DNA of 64,000 nt from Dictyostelium discoideum (lineage: Eukaryota), in NCBI GenBank assembly GCA_000004695.1, contig CM000152.2:1568001-1632000 (forward strand), read 5' to 3'. The position numbers and the translations under genes were made by a program. Every line of letters starts with the position of its first letter. Position 1 is the stretch's first letter. The notes beneath the pieces are model-generated. The model saw nothing but the letters and a program-made list of their open reading frames with translations, did not search any database and was not told where the DNA came from. Below, in pieces: positions 1 to 9,174 of the stretch.

Positions 1-261
1 CTATAGGTTGTATATTCTAATGTTCTTTTACATTTAAAGAAGAGGTGGCCATATGGGTCTTCATTACATAGCATACAATTTATAAGGTGAATATAGTTTA
101 ATGGTAGACATCTTGCATGAAATCTAAACGTCGTATCTTTTGTTTTAATAAACCTTTTTTTTTTTTTTTTTTTTTTTTGATAAATAAACTATTGTAGTAT
201 ACAATTAGTATATTATTTTTATTTATTTATTTTAGGTTTTTTAGTTTTTGTGAATTTAAAA

Positions 262-778
262 TGGAATGTTATTTTAGATTGGGTAATTAATAATTAATTG
301 GTGGTGGAATTGTTGGAATTGGTTCATTTGTGATTATGCTCCATTCTTTTTTAAATTTTTTGATGGTTTAGGACCATTGGGTTTCTTTTTGAGTTTTTGT
401 GAGTTGTTTTTAAGTGAGTTTTGGTTATAGATAATGTTCTTGAATATTCCAATTAGCTTGTGCCATTTTGATTTTAATATATCATAATCTAGTATTGTGT
501 TTTTTATTTGATTGTTCCGATTATCAATTGATTGAGTTATATTGATGTCAAATAATGATTTGCATATCCATATCCATATTTGGTGAATAACTAATGAGAT
601 TATGTTCCAATATGCATGTGTTTTGACTAGATCAAGATTTGTGTTTATATAATTCCAGTAGAATCTGTATTTTTTATTTTGTGCGTTTTCAGCAAAATTA
701 ATAAACCAATGAACCAATTCCAACAATTACACCACCAATTAATTATTAATTACCTAACCTAAAATAACATACCATTTT
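262..778. repeat. About 70-bp inverted repeat pair (262-331 and 700-778) flanking the ORF2 remnant
   Basis: ggtaattaataattaattggtggtggaattgttggaattggttcat (283-328) is the reverse complement of atgaaccaattccaacaattacaccaccaattaattattaattacc (700-745) with one mismatch. The match extends with a few mismatches to ttaaaatggaatgttattttagattgg (262-288) versus the revcomp of 749-778. The right arm overlaps the N-terminal 26 nt of the ORF remnant. Confidence 0.8.
334..726 (-). pseudogene. ORF2 C-terminal remnant of the decayed TRE copy (130-aa open frame, starts on TTG not ATG)
   Basis: Protein similarity to the C-terminus of the 1234-aa ORF2 at 998-4702. The first codon is TTG (724-726), so the M in the track is an artefact. 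There are no upstream RT or endonuclease parts in frame. Confidence 0.5.
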
Positions 779-786
779 AATAAACC

Positions 787-800
787 GAAATTCGTAAAAT
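787..800. repeat. Target-site duplication, left copy (gaaattcgtaaaat)
   Basis: Identical 14-mer at 6047-6060. A second shared 13-mer, taaaagcggtgta, occurs at 816-828 and 6034-6046. Confidence 0.65.
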
Positions 801-828
801 TTTTTTTTTTTACCTAAAAGCGGTGTAT

Positions 829-831
829 TTT

Positions 832-895
<64 letters not shown>
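829..895 (-). repeat. Poly(A) tail of the retrotransposon (T-run on the plus strand)
   Basis: Homopolymer T of about 67 nt lying immediately 3' of the ORF2 3' UTR on the element strand. Confidence 0.8.
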
Positions 896-899
<4 letters not shown>

Positions 900-997
900 T
901 GGATTAACAAGATTGATATATGTCCATCTGTGTTAATACGAGTTTTTATTTAATATTTATTTATAGGCTTATCATTTAAGCTGAAGGGTTATTTTAA

Positions 998-3900
998 TCA
1001 TATGAATTGATCAAAAGATATAATATTTGGGAGAGATGATTCTGGAATACAATAGTAATTAGCTGTTGTTTTTCTTAGCTTGATCGTTGAGGTGAGAAGG
1101 ATCTTAGGGTCTTTGAAATTATTATGGTCTTTTGCTGATAAGTTTTTCAGGTCTTTTGCTTTTTTGATGTATTCTAGAGTGGCCAATTTGTGCCATTTCT
1201 TTAGAAGGGAGCTGTATGATAGTGATTCATTTGTTAAAGGATCTTCACTGTATATTTGATTGCAAATCCAAATCCAAATGTTGTGGAGGATAAGGGCCAT
1301 TAGGTTTCTATATGCGAATGATCTGGTTAGATCATAGTCTATTGCTTTATAGTTCCATTCAAAGTATTCTTTGTGGAATCTGTGGTTGGCGTAGTCTGCA
1401 TTCACTTCTTGATCTTTTTTGGCTGTCGGTGATAATTTTGGAGTTATTCTATTAATGAAATTGTTATTTTGCCTAATTCTTGTATGGTGCCAGTTTTTAC
1501 CTTTGCCTGTGGTAATATAGATGAAATTTTTGAGTTTATTTATTTTTATGAATTGTTTTGTTTTCTTGCATGAGAAGAACAGGTGACCGTATGGGTCTTT
1601 GCTCATATCTTCTTTGCAGAGTGGACATTGTTTGTTGTGAAGGTAGTTTATTGGAAGGCATCTGGCATGGAATCTAAACATTGTGTCTTTTGTTTTAGGG
1701 TCTTTTATCTTCAGTATGTTGTTGAAGAGTTGATTATAGCTGTAGCCTCTTAAGTTTAGAGATGATTGGAATTCCGTTTTAGGGATGGTTAAATTTTGGT
1801 CTTGAATTGTGGTATACCATTCTGCCAGTGAAAGTGGTTGTCCATTTTCGTTTTTTATGGATGTGAGATTATTGTTGAAGATTGCTTTTTTTATTCTTAT
1901 TTTGTTCCATTCGTCTAAGTTTTCTTTTAGGTATCTGGATGTGAATTTGTTTTTTTGGATCTGATATTCCCAGCTTTTGTGATGCGATGAGTTTGTTTGT
2001 TTGGTTTCTAGTGCTAGGATGAACTGGTTTATGATCCAAAGTTTCTGCGCCAGTTGTCTCAATTCTATATTCCAAATGTTCCAACCCCCTACTTTTAGTG
2101 GGTATCTTGCTCTTTTGGTTCTCATTAAATTAATAACTTGAAATCCACTAGCATTTTTGTTGTTTGGTGCCGATAAAAACCATTCGACTAATTTATTGAT
2201 TTGGTTTAATTCCTCTTCCTTAAAGTTCTCTACATATGAATAGTAGGTTAATTTAGAGAGTGCGAATGCTTTGAGGATGTTGGTTTTGGTTTTGATTGTT
2301 GAGTCAGTGGTTTTCCATAGTACTAAGGATGATCTTATTGTGTTTAATATTTCTGGCATTTTTCTTGTTATCCCTTTGCCTGTGAAGAAGTATCCCAAGT
2401 ATCTTTCTGGATTTGTAGATATTGGAATTCTTTGGTTGGTATTGTCTGGGTTGCCTATAAGAATTGATGAAGATTTGTCGATGTTTAGTTTTGAGGAAGT
2501 GGCTTTGCAAAATGAATTGAAGTGTTGTAGTACTAATTCAAGTTGTTGAAAGTCTGGGACCATTGAAGCCGAGTCGTCTGCAAAGCTTTGGAATTTCTCT
2601 CTGTGGTTGCTGTTGTTTAGAGGAAGGCCAGTAATTCGGTCATCTTGTAAAATTTTTCTAGCTAAAGCCTCTATTACAAGGACGAACAGGGTGGGTGATA
2701 GTGGATCTCCTTGTTTAACTCCTCTTTTGATCTCAAAGGGTATAGTAGTTCTACCATTAATTTCAATTCTTGCTTCAGATTTGGTGAGTAGATTCATTAT
2801 CAGGTTGATTATATTGGTTGGAATGTTGATGTGTTGTAGTGATCTGAGTATTGAACCGTGTGAGATCGAGTCAAAAGCTTTTTCGAAATCATATAGTGTA
2901 ATTATTCCGTTAATTCTTTTATCATTACAATAGTTGATTAATTCGTTCATTGATATGATATTATCTAGAATGAATCTGCCTGGTACGAAACCTTTTTGAT
3001 TGTGGTTGATCACTTTCGTTAGTATTGGGATTATTCTATTGTTTATTAGTTTTGAGTGGATTTTATATATACAGTTAGCCAGTGTAATTGGTCTTCTGTT
3101 TTTGATTAGTTCGGGGTCTCCCTTTTTAGGTATCGTGATAATGAGGCCTTCTTTGTAATTTTTGCTAATTAGATGAGGATTTCTTAGAGTGTCGTTGAAT
3201 GCTGAGGCCAGTATTGGAGCTAGTTTTTCTTTGTGTGTTATGTAGAATAAGTTTGGAATTCCATCTGGGCCTGGAGATTTGTGTGGGTTCAATTGTTTTA
3301 TTACTTCTAGGATCTCTTGTGATGTGAATTCATTTTCAAGGTTGTCCCATGTTGAGTCCCTGGTCACTGTCCAATTTTCCAACATTTCATAATGAGATGG
3401 TGGGTCATCTTCTTTGTAGTCATAAAGATTTGAGTAATATTTTACGTATTCTTCTTCGATCAATTCCTGTTTGTTGATTGTTCTACCTTGTGCATCTTTT
3501 ACTGCGTTGATGGTGAAATCATTGTGTCTTTTCTTGATTCTCGCGGAGATGTACTTGAGTGAGGTTTCTTCGCAATAGTTGTTCAATTCTTGTTTAAGTT
3601 GTTCTTCTCTTTTTTTAGATTCATTTATTGCTGAAAGGGTTGCGAAGGCTTGGTCTTTAAATTCTGTCTCTAGTAGGGAGATTAGATTTTTGATGTTTGC
3701 CTTATTGTTGTAGTCATTTTGTTTTTGAAATTCTGTGTATAGTTGTTTTATTTTGTTTAGTAAGCTGTTGAGTTGAGAGAAGGAAATAGAGTTATGGTTG
3801 GATGACAGCTCCCTTGAATAATCGTTAAGTAGGAAGTCTATTTTCTTAAGCATTATGCTTGAGAGGATTGAGGATTTTTTTAATCTCCATCTGCGCTTGT

Positions 3901-4702
3901 TCATCTGTATGTTGGGTAGAGTGAAGGTGGTTGATAGGAAGTTGTGATCTGATAGAGGTATGTCATTAATTTTTGGGGGGATTAGGTTCCTTAAGTATAA
4001 TTGGCTGTAGTTGATTATGCTATTGTTAAGGTATATTCTGTCTAGTCTCCTTTCCAAGATTCTTGTGAGGTTATTGTTTGTGTTGTGTATCGTTCTTGAG
4101 AAGGTGGGTCTTTTATTTAGTTGGTCCATATCCATTAGGTTATTTGAAATTCTGATGGCTTCGATTACTGTGGCCATCTCATCTGGGGATTGTGTTGTCA
4201 AGTTGCCTTGGTCATCATTTGATGTGTGATTGTCATTGAAGTCTAAACAGTTGAAGTCGCCTGCTATGATGTCGATGTTTTTATTAGGGTTAGACGTTAG
4301 GTTGTGGTATTGGTTGTTGAAGTGTTTGTTTAGTGTTGAAGCTAGTGTTTTTCTTTTATCAGGTTGGGCCGGGGCGTATATGGCCAAGATTCTCGTTGTG
4401 GTATCTTTTATTAGAATGTCTGATATTATTAGTCTACCTTCTATTATGAATATTGGTGAGAGTTTTATGTTTTGGTTGTTGTGGTTTAGTATTCCTATTC
4501 CGTTGCCTCTGTTGGTTGCGCTAATGATGGAGCCAGGAAATAGCTGGTGTGCTTGTGTTGCGTCGGCGTTGAGTTCATTGACTATGGTTAGTGCCAATGA
4601 GTTTGGGGGGGATTGGGATTTGATAAAGTCTGTTTTGTTTTTGAAGGAGGTGTCAGTGCCCCAACCTCTGACATTCCATTGGTTGATTTTGATTACTACC
4701 AT
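998..4702 (-). CDS. Retrotransposon ORF2: apurinic/apyrimidinic-type endonuclease plus reverse transcriptase plus Cys-His knuckle (1234 aa)
   Basis: Uninterrupted ORF with a genuine ATG at 4702-4700. The N-terminus has EEP/APE-like motifs (IIAGDFN, SDH), a central RT domain (PGPDGIP..., FADDSA) and C-terminal CPLCKEDMSKDPYGHLFFSC. Confidence 0.85.
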   Translation of the reverse strand: MVVIKINQWNVRGWGTDTSFKNKTDFIKSQSPPNSLALTIVNELNADATQAHQLFPGSIISATNRGNGIGILNHNNQNIKLSPIFIIEGRLIISDILIKDTTTRILAIYAPAQPDKRKTLASTLNKHFNNQYHNLTSNPNKNIDIIAGDFNCLDFNDNHTSNDDQGNLTTQSPDEMATVIEAIRISNNLMDMDQLNKRPTFSRTIHNTNNNLTRILERRLDRIYLNNSIINYSQLYLRNLIPPKINDIPLSDHNFLSTTFTLPNIQMNKRRWRLKKSSILSSIMLKKIDFLLNDYSRELSSNHNSISFSQLNSLLNKIKQLYTEFQKQNDYNNKANIKNLISLLETEFKDQAFATLSAINESKKREEQLKQELNNYCEETSLKYISARIKKRHNDFTINAVKDAQGRTINKQELIEEEYVKYYSNLYDYKEDDPPSHYEMLENWTVTRDSTWDNLENEFTSQEILEVIKQLNPHKSPGPDGIPNLFYITHKEKLAPILASAFNDTLRNPHLISKNYKEGLIITIPKKGDPELIKNRRPITLANCIYKIHSKLINNRIIPILTKVINHNQKGFVPGRFILDNIISMNELINYCNDKRINGIITLYDFEKAFDSISHGSILRSLQHINIPTNIINLIMNLLTKSEARIEINGRTTIPFEIKRGVKQGDPLSPTLFVLVIEALARKILQDDRITGLPLNNSNHREKFQSFADDSASMVPDFQQLELVLQHFNSFCKATSSKLNIDKSSSILIGNPDNTNQRIPISTNPERYLGYFFTGKGITRKMPEILNTIRSSLVLWKTTDSTIKTKTNILKAFALSKLTYYSYVENFKEEELNQINKLVEWFLSAPNNKNASGFQVINLMRTKRARYPLKVGGWNIWNIELRQLAQKLWIINQFILALETKQTNSSHHKSWEYQIQKNKFTSRYLKENLDEWNKIRIKKAIFNNNLTSIKNENGQPLSLAEWYTTIQDQNLTIPKTEFQSSLNLRGYSYNQLFNNILKIKDPKTKDTMFRFHARCLPINYLHNKQCPLCKEDMSKDPYGHLFFSCKKTKQFIKINKLKNFIYITTGKGKNWHHTRIRQNNNFINRITPKLSPTAKKDQEVNADYANHRFHKEYFEWNYKAIDYDLTRSFAYRNLMALILHNIWIWICNQIYSEDPLTNESLSYSSLLKKWHKLATLEYIKKAKDLKNLSAKDHNNFKDPKILLTSTIKLRKTTANYYCIPESSLPNIISFDQFI

Positions 4703-5955
4703 TATGAGATGATATCGATCTCCTCTTGGGAGTCGTATAGCTGCGGTTTGGATGGTGAAGGGTAGATACTCTCTATGAAGCTCTCAATGATTCCTTTCCT
4801 TTCTTTTTTGACAGGTGTCTTAGGGGTGGATGGGATGTAAGGGTTGCTTCTGTTTATTGTTGGTGAGAGTTGGGTGACCTCGTTGTTTGAGTGGATTTCC
4901 TCGTTCTTGCGTTTATGTGATGGAGGGATGTTTGGTGTCTTCTCTCTGTTTTCCGAGGATGAATGGATGTTAGTGCTCGTTTTGTTGGCATTGTCTTTTT
5001 GGATGGCGTTGGATGTTGTGGTAGTGGTTGTGGTGGGTTTGACAGATTGAGATTCTGCTTGGTTTTTGGGGGGAAGAGGTTGAGAGGACTTTTTTGATTG
5101 GGCTTTTTTCTCTTGGGTTGATTGTTTATCAGACTTATTGTTTGCTGGGTTGTTTGTTTGTTGTTGTGGTTTTGGTTGAGAGGATTTGATTGCTATCCTG
5201 TTTTGGATGTTGGGAGGATCATCTGTCATCTCATCTTCTAATGGTTCTTCCGTGTTGTTTGACTCTACTTTCTTATTTTTCTTTTGAGAGGAGTAGGTTT
5301 TGGTGGCCGTTCTGATGGTAAAGTTGGCGATTTCTGTATTGTGTTGGCCAGATTTCATTTGATCGCCTATTTTGCATTCTATTAGACCGAATACTAGGAG
5401 GTGGTCGGTGGAGTATGTAGTATGGTATATTGCATAGGGTATTTCTTCTGCAAAGGCAGTTTTGATGAGGGCGTCCACTATTCCTGCCTTTTCTCTTGGA
5501 ATTCTTACTCTTCCTGTGAGGACGTGGTAGTCTCTACTGGAGGTGATGAAGGTTCCCAATTTGCTTCTATCTCTAATGATATTTAGGAGAGATTGTTCGT
5601 TTTTAATCATCAGGTGTATCATTTTTCTAGTTCCTTTGCCTATGTATATCTTGTCGATTGGGATATCGTAGTTTGAGAGTGTTTTTCTCATTTCTTCTAA
5701 CCCCATGAGATCCATTTTGGGGAATTCGAGTGTAATTGGGTAGAATCCGTTGTTTTTCTCGTAGGTTGAGAGCGCAGTCATGTTCAATATGGTCTCGCAG
5801 TATTTGGAGATGTCTTTGAGGCCTATTGATAATTTGGGGTAGGTCTCCTTTATCTCTGCTGTTTTTGTGGAGAATTCCTTAATGAAGTTCTCTGATGCCT
5901 CGTCCATATGGGTGGAGGGGTTGGCCATTTTAGCCGCGTCTGCGTAGGAATTCAT
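4702..5955 (-). CDS. Retrotransposon ORF1 (417 aa, basic/Thr-rich nucleic-acid-binding-type protein)
   Basis: ATG at 5955-5953. The stop TAA at 4704-4702 overlaps the ORF2 ATG by one base (TAATG), a termination-reinitiation-type junction. Confidence 0.8.
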   Translation of the reverse strand: MNSYADAAKMANPSTHMDEASENFIKEFSTKTAEIKETYPKLSIGLKDISKYCETILNMTALSTYEKNNGFYPITLEFPKMDLMGLEEMRKTLSNYDIPIDKIYIGKGTRKMIHLMIKNEQSLLNIIRDRSKLGTFITSSRDYHVLTGRVRIPREKAGIVDALIKTAFAEEIPYAIYHTTYSTDHLLVFGLIECKIGDQMKSGQHNTEIANFTIRTATKTYSSQKKNKKVESNNTEEPLEDEMTDDPPNIQNRIAIKSSQPKPQQQTNNPANNKSDKQSTQEKKAQSKKSSQPLPPKNQAESQSVKPTTTTTTTSNAIQKDNANKTSTNIHSSSENREKTPNIPPSHKRKNEEIHSNNEVTQLSPTINRSNPYIPSTPKTPVKKERKGIIESFIESIYPSPSKPQLYDSQEEIDIIS

Positions 5956-6046
5956 CTCGATGGGATTCCTTTGAATCGGCGATTTGGTAAGTTAGATCTG
6001 TAGATCGTGGTGGATTGGTGATTTTTTTCGTAAAAGCGGTGTAACG

Positions 6047-6060
6047 AAATTCGTAAAATA
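6047..6060. repeat. Target-site duplication, right copy (gaaattcgtaaaat)
   Basis: Identical to 787-800. Confidence 0.65.
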
Positions 6061-6081
6061 AATATTTTTTATAAAAATGGA

Positions 6082-6153
6082 AGTTCCGAACCAGGATTGA
6101 ACTGGCGACCTAACGATTTGCAGTCGCTTGCTCTTCCACTGAGCTATCGAAAC
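6082..6153 (-). tRNA. tRNA-Cys (anticodon GCA)
   Basis: Minus strand reads GTTTCGATAGCTCAGTGGAAGAGCAAGCGACTGCAAATCGTTAGGTCGCCAGTTCAATCCTGGTTCGGAACT. It has a 7-bp acceptor stem (GTTTCGA/TCGGAAC), D-arm GCTC..GAGC, anticodon stem AGCGA/TCGTT with loop CTGCAAA (GCA), variable loop AGGTC, T-arm GCCAG-TTCAATC-CTGGT and discriminator T. It is followed on the same strand by TTTTT (6077-6073), a Pol III terminator. Confidence 0.8.
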
Positions 6154-8061
6154 TTGTTGAAATTTTTTAATGAGACCTTTTTTTTTGAATTGGAGAATTT
6201 TTTAATGAAACCTCTCACTTTCATTACAATTATCTTAAATTTGTGTCAAATAATATTTCAAATAATAATTTTATTAATTTCAGCAAAGATTAAAAATAAT
6301 ATTTTTTATTTAATTTTATAATTAATAATTATGTCACTCATTTAATTTATTATAAATATAAAAAAATAATTTAATTTTAATTCAGGTTGTTATCTCATTG
6401 TTAAGCGATAAAAGATATTAAATAAAAATATATATAAATAAATATAAATATAAATATAAATATAAATTAATATATAAAGTGTTTTAAAGATTATTTAATA
6501 TAAAATAAAGATTAAATTTTAAATAAAAATTATAATATTTGTAACATAATTACAAAAGACCACTTTCGTTACAATTTGTGGTTTAACAGCCCAACCTAGC
6601 CAATTTTAAGTCAATGGTTCGTTTCTGGGTTAAAATCTAATATGCCAAAATAAAATTAATTTGTCAAATTAAGATATTTAAAGTTTAAAATTTAGCCAAA
6701 AATTTTCATTTTTTTACAAAAAAGAATTATAATATAATAAAAAAAAGCCAAAAAGATATGTTTTACAATAAATAAATTAAGTATTTACAATTTTATTTAA
6801 ATTTTAAAATTATTAGGAATTTTAATTTGTATTTGTTTTTAAATTAATTAATATTTATATATTAATATTAATTATATATATACATATTGATTACTATTCC
6901 AATTAAATATATGCAGGGCCAACATAAAATCCTTTTTTAATTACAGTTTTTCTTGGATCCCATCTCGTTATCATTGATTTTTCATATACTAATGAACTAT
7001 TAAAATTGTTTAAATTTTGGAATGTTTTATTATTTTTAATTGTAACGATTGCAGAAAAAGAATCTAAAATATTTAAAATTAATCTTTGTTAGATTTTTAT
7101 TTAAATTTTAAAAGTTTATTTTTTTTTTTTTTTTTTTTTTTTTTCTAATCAACTTACCGATAATTGTCATTTAATAATTTATTTATAAAAATATTTAGAT
7201 AAATATTTGAAAAATGATATTTAAAAAAATGAAAAAAGATAAAATAATAATAAACAAAAAAAAAGATCAAAATTATTTATAGTTTTATTTTTTTTAATTA
7301 TTTATTTATACTTTATTTTTTTTTTATTTATTTATATTTATTTTTATTTTTATTTTTATTTTTATTTTTATTTTTATTTTTTTTGTTTTGATATAAAAGT
7401 GGTGAAAAGATTAGATATAAAATGTTCAACTAATTAGATATAAATTAAAAAAATACTTTAAACATTAGACATGCTATTCTTCATAGTTGTGCCAAAAAAA
7501 AATAAAAAATAATATTGTTTTAATAATAAAATTAAAAAAATAATAATTAAAAAAAAAAAAAAAAAAAGATTGTGGGACAAGATTAACAGATGAGAAGTGT
7601 GAGTGGTTATTTTGTTTTTGTTTTTATTTGTATATTTTTATTTCTAATTAATCTTTTTTTTTTTATTTTTTTTTTAAAATTATTTATTAATTTATTTATT
7701 TATTTATTTATTTTTTTTTTGAAAAAAAAAAGAATAATTAATTTTAAAAAAAAAAATTATTTATTCATTTTATAATTCCTTATATTAATAAACAAATATA
7801 AAAGATAAAAATTGTTTATACCCCTAAGTGTAATATAAACCCCTAATAAGAAAAACTCTTAATCAAATTAATGTGTGGTAAATTTTTAAACCTCAAGATA
7901 TGTACAATTTGTCAATTATCTGTCAAATTGTAATTATCTCAACAACTATCTTAATGTCAACTATTAATAAATTTTCCAATAATGATGATTATTAATTGTT
8001 CACATGGTGATAATAATAATTATAATTATTATAATAATCAAAAAAATAAAAAATAAAAAAA

Positions 8062-8074
<13 letters not shown>

Positions 8075-8137
<63 letters not shown>

Positions 8138-8146
8138 CAAAATCAC
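8075..8146. repeat. (ATA)n microsatellite
   Basis: About 24 uninterrupted ATA units. Confidence 0.9.
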
Positions 8147-8792
8147 CAATAACAAAAAATAACAATAAAATAATATCAACAAATTTTATTTTAAAAATTC
8201 TTTGTTTGATGGTTTTAAAATTTCAAAATATTTTTTTATTTTTATTTTTTTTTTTTACCAAAATTTTACCACCCTGAATTTTTAAACAAAAAAAAAAATA
8301 AAAAAAAAATAAAAATAATGATATTTTTATTGTAAAAATCACTTTAAAAGTCCAAATAAAAACTTCGAAAAGTTGAAACCCTTTTCGACAAATCTTTTTT
8401 TATTTTTTTTTTTTTTATATTTTTTTTTTAAAAAAAAATTATTTTTTATGATTTTTTTTTTTAGTCAAATAACCATTTTATTTAAAAAATTTTTCATCAC
8501 ATTTTATTTGTAAATTTGTGTGTGTGTATTTATTATATTAAAAAAATTATTAAAAAATAAAAATAAAAATAAAAATAAAAAACCCCATCGAAACATAAAT
8601 CTCACACATTTCAAATTTATACGCACTTTTTTTCATTTAACAATAATTTTTTTTTTTTCGTTTTACATCAAAAAAAAAAAAAAAAAAAAAAATTTTCATT
8701 TACATACCCACAAAATAATCAACAAATTATATATACATCCAAATTTAAATATTACATATATAAATATAGCGCAAAAATAAAACAAAAATACA

Positions 8793-9135
8793 ATGAAAAT
8801 ACTTGCAACCTTATTTACAATTTTATTATTGGTCAATTTTTGTTTTTCAACACCAATTCGTTTACTTGATGGTAATAATTGTTCATTTAATGCAACCGAT
8901 GGTAAAATTTATGATTTAAGTTCAATTGGGTATGTATAAAAAAAAAAAAAAAAAAAAAAAATTTATTTTATTTTACTAATTAAATTTCATTTTAAAATTA
9001 GTTATCTCGAATATAATTATCCATCAACTTCTGTTGTCCCAAACAGAATTATTGCTTTAAATCGTATGTATAGAATAATTTTTTTTTTTTTTTTTTTTTT
9101 TATAATTTATTATGTTTATTAACCAAATCTTTGAT

Positions 9136-9174
<39 letters not shown>

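Larger units (their letters stand above)
1..786 (-). mobile_element. Degenerate 3' fragment of a second TRE-type non-LTR retrotransposon (ORF2 C-terminal region, decayed)
   Basis: Bases 1-150 (minus strand) are about 75 percent identical to 1600-1720 of the intact element's ORF2 (zinc-knuckle region, cf. gaagaggtggccatatgggtcttc and catggaatctaaacattgtgtcttttgtttta). The 130-aa ORF 334-726 (-) aligns with the last about 130 residues of the intact ORF2 (LVIHQIWIWICKSLFD vs LILHNIWIWICNQIYSED; KWHKLIGIF vs KKWHKLATL). It is collinear with the intact copy but interrupted by a T24 run (155-178) and stop codons, and it ends where the TSD of the neighbouring element begins. Confidence 0.5.
801..6046 (-). 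mobile_element. Full-length tRNA-gene-targeted non-LTR retrotransposon (TRE family, TRE3-A/Tdd-3-like by length and by position downstream of a tRNA gene)
   Basis: Length is 5246 bp. The 5' UTR, ORF1 (417 aa) and ORF2 (1234 aa, apurinic-endonuclease-like N-terminus, RT with FADD motif, C-terminal CPLC..H..C knuckle) are on the minus strand. The 3' poly(A) tail appears as T about 67 at 829-895 on the plus strand. The element is flanked by 14-bp direct repeats gaaattcgtaaaat (787-800 and 6047-6060). Its 5' end lies about 36 bp beyond the 3' end of a same-strand tRNA gene. Confidence 0.75.

Noticed and set aside
1869-2933. Short ORFs inside or antisense to retrotransposon ORF2 (1869-2084, 2271-2549, 2304-2510, 2607-2933, 4011-4712)
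   Set aside because: Embedded in the 1234-aa RT ORF. No independent start or splice signals and no family resemblance.
8000-8182. Poly-I ORF and similar homopolymer ORFs (7590-7775, 8520-8780, 11435-11658, 25534-27451, 54867-55842)
   Set aside because: Translations of (ATA)n, poly-T or poly-A intergenic tracts.
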